The position numbers were made by a program, and so were the translations under genes. A stretch of 64,000 bases of DNA from a virus (Duplodnaviria; Caudoviricetes), in IMG/VR virus record IMGVR_UViG_3300025961_000012, positions 13,109 to 77,108 of that record, one strand, 5' to 3'. Each line of letters begins with the position of its first letter. Within the stretch, counting starts at the first letter, position 1. The notes below the pieces were generated by a model. The model made no database searches. It was not told where the DNA came from and saw only the letters and a list, made by a program, of their open reading frames with translations. Of this stretch, positions 61,529 through 64,000 are shown piece by piece.

Positions 61529-62421
61529 ATCTCGACGCCGCTTTTACACTGATGGATCAAACGCCTCTCGCCATTCCGAAGCATCGCGATCCGTTCTGCC
61601 TCGGTGGTGATCGACTCCGAGTACCCGCTGAACACGCTGGGCAGGTTCGCGATGACTGCGTACGAGTCCGCGCCGAACTTCTCCCAGATGCGGCAACCGA
61701 TCTCGACGTCCCATGCGCGGGACTCCTTCGCGACGCTCGTGACATGGAACCCGTCGCCGTCTGGAAGCGCGACCTGTGGTTGGCGCGATACGACGCCGAA
61801 CGTGCCGAACTGATGGTCCTGCGGTCCCTTGGCCAGTGGCGCCCGCTCGCCTTCTGTGAACAGCTTGCGATACCAGGCACAGTCGATGACGGTCCCGCTC
61901 CCGTAGCAGAACACGCAGGAATCCTGTCGATCATTCGAGCCCTTGTTGCCGAACGCCAGGACGGGGACGTGCATGTGCGTGGCGACCGGGTAGTTCCGGC
62001 GCGAGTTGTTCGCGACCAGTTCCTCCCAGCGTAGCGCGGCCTCACGGCCGGCCGTGCAAGGGTTGTGGACAGCGACCGACCCGCCGATGATGGCAGGCAT
62101 CGGCTGGCGGAAATACTCGTCAAAGATCGCTCCGTCCCAGTTGTCGCCCATGACGCGCGAGTCGGCCTCGAGGTAGAGAACGTGCGAATAACCGACCCGG
62201 AGTGCCAGCTCCATGCCGGTATAGAACACCAAATTCGACACGCTGAACGATTTCTCGCCTTTCAAGGTCTCGGGATTGCCCGGGATGCGTTTGACGTCCG
62301 GCCAGGCATGGTCGGAGAACAGGAGCAGTTCGTGCGTCGTCCTGAATTTGCGGATGTTGTTCAGGAAAGCCTGAGCGTATGGCAACACCGGCGGAGGCAC
62401 GTAGGCGATGACTGCTTTCAT
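61525..62421 (-). CDS. GT-A-like glycosyltransferase
   Basis: FLNNIRKF...LLFSD...SNLVFYTGMELA...VLYLEADSRV (DxD-like EAD), AWDVEIG; start 62421 or 62439. Confidence 0.55.
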   Translation of the reverse strand: MKAVIAYVPPPVLPYAQAFLNNIRKFRTTHELLLFSDHAWPDVKRIPGNPETLKGEKSFSVSNLVFYTGMELALRVGYSHVLYLEADSRVMGDNWDGAIFDEYFRQPMPAIIGGSVAVHNPCTAGREAALRWEELVANNSRRNYPVATHMHVPVLAFGNKGSNDRQDSCVFCYGSGTVIDCAWYRKLFTEGERAPLAKGPQDHQFGTFGVVSRQPQVALPDGDGFHVTSVAKESRAWDVEIGCRIWEKFGADSYAVIANLPSVFSGYSESITTEAERIAMLRNGERRLIHQCKSGVEI

Positions 62422-62423
62422 GT

Positions 62424-62732
62424 TCACCAGCCCGTCCACAACTGGCAGTGACTGATAGAAACGTTGCTCACCGATCCACCAACAGTCAGGAGCGAGTCCG
62501 GCGCCTTGATGATGTACACGAACAGGCAGTTGCTGATGACGCAGTTGTTGGAAACGTTGAGCGGGGCCAGATAGGCATTCGTGTCAGTGAAACACTTTGC
62601 CGCCCATTCGACACCTTTGTGGAACCCCTCGTCGTAGGTCTTTACCGGTTCGGTCTTGCGGCAAAAGATCAACATGCCCGCCGGAACCAAAAGCAAAGGA
62701 AGCAGTATTAGACGCAGTGTTAGGCGTTTCAC
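62424..62732 (-). CDS. Secreted/membrane-anchored small protein
   Basis: GTG start, KRLTLRLILLPLLLVPAGMLIFC hydrophobic leader. Confidence 0.65.
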   Translation of the reverse strand: MKRLTLRLILLPLLLVPAGMLIFCRKTEPVKTYDEGFHKGVEWAAKCFTDTNAYLAPLNVSNNCVISNCLFVYIIKAPDSLLTVGGSVSNVSISHCQLWTGW

Positions 62733-63007
62733 AGCTTGCCCTCCTGCTTCTCGATCTTCACCTTGACCATCCACGCGTGAAACTCGTTGGTGATTCCACC
62801 GTCAACCCACCGGATGAGATAGCAATCGTTCGTGTGCAGAACGGCTTCGATGCAGTTGGTCATCTTCCATGGGTCAGGGCTGTCGCCGACTGTGACGGTG
62901 TAGAACACGGGCGCTGTCGGCTGTGCCGGATGCTTTTTCACGTACACAAACCAAATGAGGACGCACGGCACGATGATCGCCACCGTTGCTTTCAGGATGT
63001 TTTTCAT
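62729..63007 (-). CDS. Membrane-anchored small protein
   Basis: MKNILKATVAIIVPCVLIWFVYV leader; first gene after the leftward promoter. Confidence 0.75.
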   Translation of the reverse strand: MKNILKATVAIIVPCVLIWFVYVKKHPAQPTAPVFYTVTVGDSPDPWKMTNCIEAVLHTNDCYLIRWVDGGITNEFHAWMVKVKIEKQEGKL

Positions 63008-63016
63008 GGTCCCGGC

Positions 63017-63081
63017 AGCGTTCCGACATCCTGCGCAATTGTCAAGCGGCGAGTTGACAACCCGGCGAAATCGTGGACACT
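63017..63081. promoter_or_regulatory. Divergent promoter pair
   Basis: Leftward CCGCTTGACAA (63049-63039)-AACGCT (63022-63017), ATG 9 nt later; rightward TTGACA (63054-63059)-N16-GACACT, ATG at 63088 6 nt later. Confidence 0.75.
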
Positions 63082-63087
63082 CGCGCC

Positions 63088-63276
63088 ATGAGCCGACGAC
63101 ACAAAGTAAATGTTCAGGTCACGAAAGAGGGCAAGGATTACGAAAAGGATCTGAGCGCGAAGAAACTGACGGACCAGGAGATCCGCGACCATCTCCCGCA
63201 GGTCTGGAAGGACCGCAGCGAAGCCGGCAAACGCGCGGTGTCCGTTCCGATCCCAGGGACGCCGCACTACACGTAG
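63088..63276 (+). CDS. Hypothetical basic protein (62 aa)
   Basis: Leaderless-type start after the rightward promoter. Confidence 0.7.
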   Translation: MSRRHKVNVQVTKEGKDYEKDLSAKKLTDQEIRDHLPQVWKDRSEAGKRAVSVPIPGTPHYT

Positions 63277-63278
63277 GA

Positions 63279-63659
63279 ATGGCGAACTTCTTCAAAGACT
63301 GGACTCCGGAAAAAGTCCGACAGCACAATGAGCGCGTTAAAACTCGTCATCCAGGGAATCGGCAGACCGTCCTCTTTCAAGAACTCGAAGATGATTTGCC
63401 AGCCGAAAGGCTACAGCCGTCCAATTCTGATTACCGACCCGAAGATCCGAAAGTGGATGGACAAGGCAACCCGTCTTATCGAATCGCAATTACGGTCCTG
63501 GTTAGCGACTACAGGGACCTCGACCTCGACGGATGCGGAAGTACGATCCAAGATTGTATCATCGCTGCCACTGGAAGACTCTTACGTTTGGGTCGAGTCG
63601 ATCTCCGTAAACTGGCGAAGAGTCAGGAAAGGCGAAGAGGGCGCCGAGATCGTCATTGA
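63279..63659 (+). CDS. RusA-like resolvase, chain carrying the central catalytic DLD...D segment
   Basis: YRIAITVLVSDYRDLDLDGCGSTIQDCI aligns without gaps to E. coli RusA [28 protein letters not shown] (recalled sequence). Confidence 0.65.
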   Translation: MANFFKDWTPEKVRQHNERVKTRHPGNRQTVLFQELEDDLPAERLQPSNSDYRPEDPKVDGQGNPSYRIAITVLVSDYRDLDLDGCGSTIQDCIIAATGRLLRLGRVDLRKLAKSQERRRGRRDRH

Positions 63660-63681
63660 ACGGATAGCGCCGCAGCCTTAG
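63328..63681 (+). CDS. RusA-like resolvase, chain carrying the N-terminal strand/helix and the C-terminal DD-strand region
   Basis: LKLVIQGIGRPSSFKN...KIRKWMDKATRLI resembles the RusA N-terminus; LEDSYVWV...RRVRKGEEGAEIVIER resembles LDDAQVV...MPVTKGGRLELTITE. Confidence 0.65.
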   Translation: MSALKLVIQGIGRPSSFKNSKMICQPKGYSRPILITDPKIRKWMDKATRLIESQLRSWLATTGTSTSTDAEVRSKIVSSLPLEDSYVWVESISVNWRRVRKGEEGAEIVIERIAPQP

Positions 63682-63751
63682 GTTGCGCGACATGAACGCC
63701 CATCCAGGTTTTCGCTCGGCGGCCCGCTCGATCGCCAGACGAGAAGGTTAC

Positions 63752-64000
63752 TCACTGAGCCGCGCCAACAGGATTCTCGCCGCCGGCGCCCGCGGTGCCA
63801 GCAAGGCTGCCGTTCGGCGCAATCCCAGGCTGTTGCGGGTCCGCCGCGGCCGGCGTTAGGGTGAACTCGACGGGGAACTTGTATTGCTCAGATTTCCCTT
63901 CCCACGCGGTGTAGGTGCCGACGCCGCGGGCGACGAGCGCCTCGACGGTCGTTGTGCCGAACCATTTCGCCCAAGTGAGAACCTTCTTGGCCCAGAACCC
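63752..64000 (-). CDS. 3' end of a truncated leftward gene, possibly an ssDNA-binding-type protein
   Basis: Open frame from the window edge: ...TYTAWEGKSEQYKFPVEF then a flexible G/A/P tail; stop at 63752-63754. Confidence 0.45.
   Translation of the reverse strand, partial: GFWAKKVLTWAKWFGTTTVEALVARGVGTYTAWEGKSEQYKFPVEFTLTPAAADPQQPGIAPNGSLAGTAGAGGENPVGAAQ

Larger units (their letters stand above)
1..64000. mobile_element. Tailed dsDNA phage/prophage genome segment (podovirus-like, possibly temperate); extends beyond the window
   Basis: Terminase large subunit, portal-sized and capsid-sized ORFs in head-gene order, spanin/holin-like genes, DarB-like giant protein, tyrosine recombinase, dense small ORFs with ATGA overlaps; no housekeeping host genes; ORFs appear to run off both ends. 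Confidence 0.95.

Noticed and set aside
1-64000. CRISPR array, tRNA, rRNA, IS element, DGR template/variable repeats
   Set aside because: No regularly spaced repeats, tRNA cloverleaf or T-loop context, transposase or reverse transcriptase recognised by eye; tRNAscan-SE and a self-dotplot would be needed to exclude them formally.

Overview
The whole window is part of a tailed dsDNA phage or prophage genome, GC-rich apart from one AT-rich module. It is probably podovirus-like, since it has large internal/ejection proteins, a P22 gp10/T7 gp12-like tail protein and no recognisable tape measure. No host flank, rRNA, tRNA or CRISPR array was recognised. Layout: (i) leftward early/accessory genes at 108-7184 (MmcB-like nuclease, HNH, phage metallopeptidase), interrupted by a ~0.85 kb non-coding repeat-rich segment; (ii) a terminase large subunit inverted relative to the portal-scaffold-capsid operon; (iii) a C5-cytosine MTase with a nested second-frame subunit and an in-frame TAA; (iv) structural genes interrupted by a glycan cassette (four glycosyltransferase-like genes, an RfaE-II-like nucleotidyltransferase, two SAM MTases, a B12 radical SAM enzyme); (v) signal-peptide-bearing tail/adhesin proteins with an AT-rich swapped module; (vi) holin/spanin-like genes with no recognisable endolysin; (vii) a ~3,800 aa DarB-like polyvalent protein (N6-MTase, Strawberry-notch helicase, LPD38-like end); (viii) leftward accessory genes (adenine MTase, Lar-like, tyrosine recombinase, GT-like) and a RusA-like locus. 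The most striking unexplained feature is repeated dual-frame coding. A RusA-like resolvase has its motifs split between two fully overlapping frames. There is an EcoHK31I-type two-frame MTase, two protein-like genes nested in linkers of the giant protein, and long overlaps at the portal and at 8098-8396. Also notable are a small twin-arginine protein carrying an 18-aa copy (12/18 identical) of a capsid segment and a CCGCTTGACAA promoter family that appears to drive leaderless mRNAs. All product calls come from motif recognition by eye; no database searches were run.
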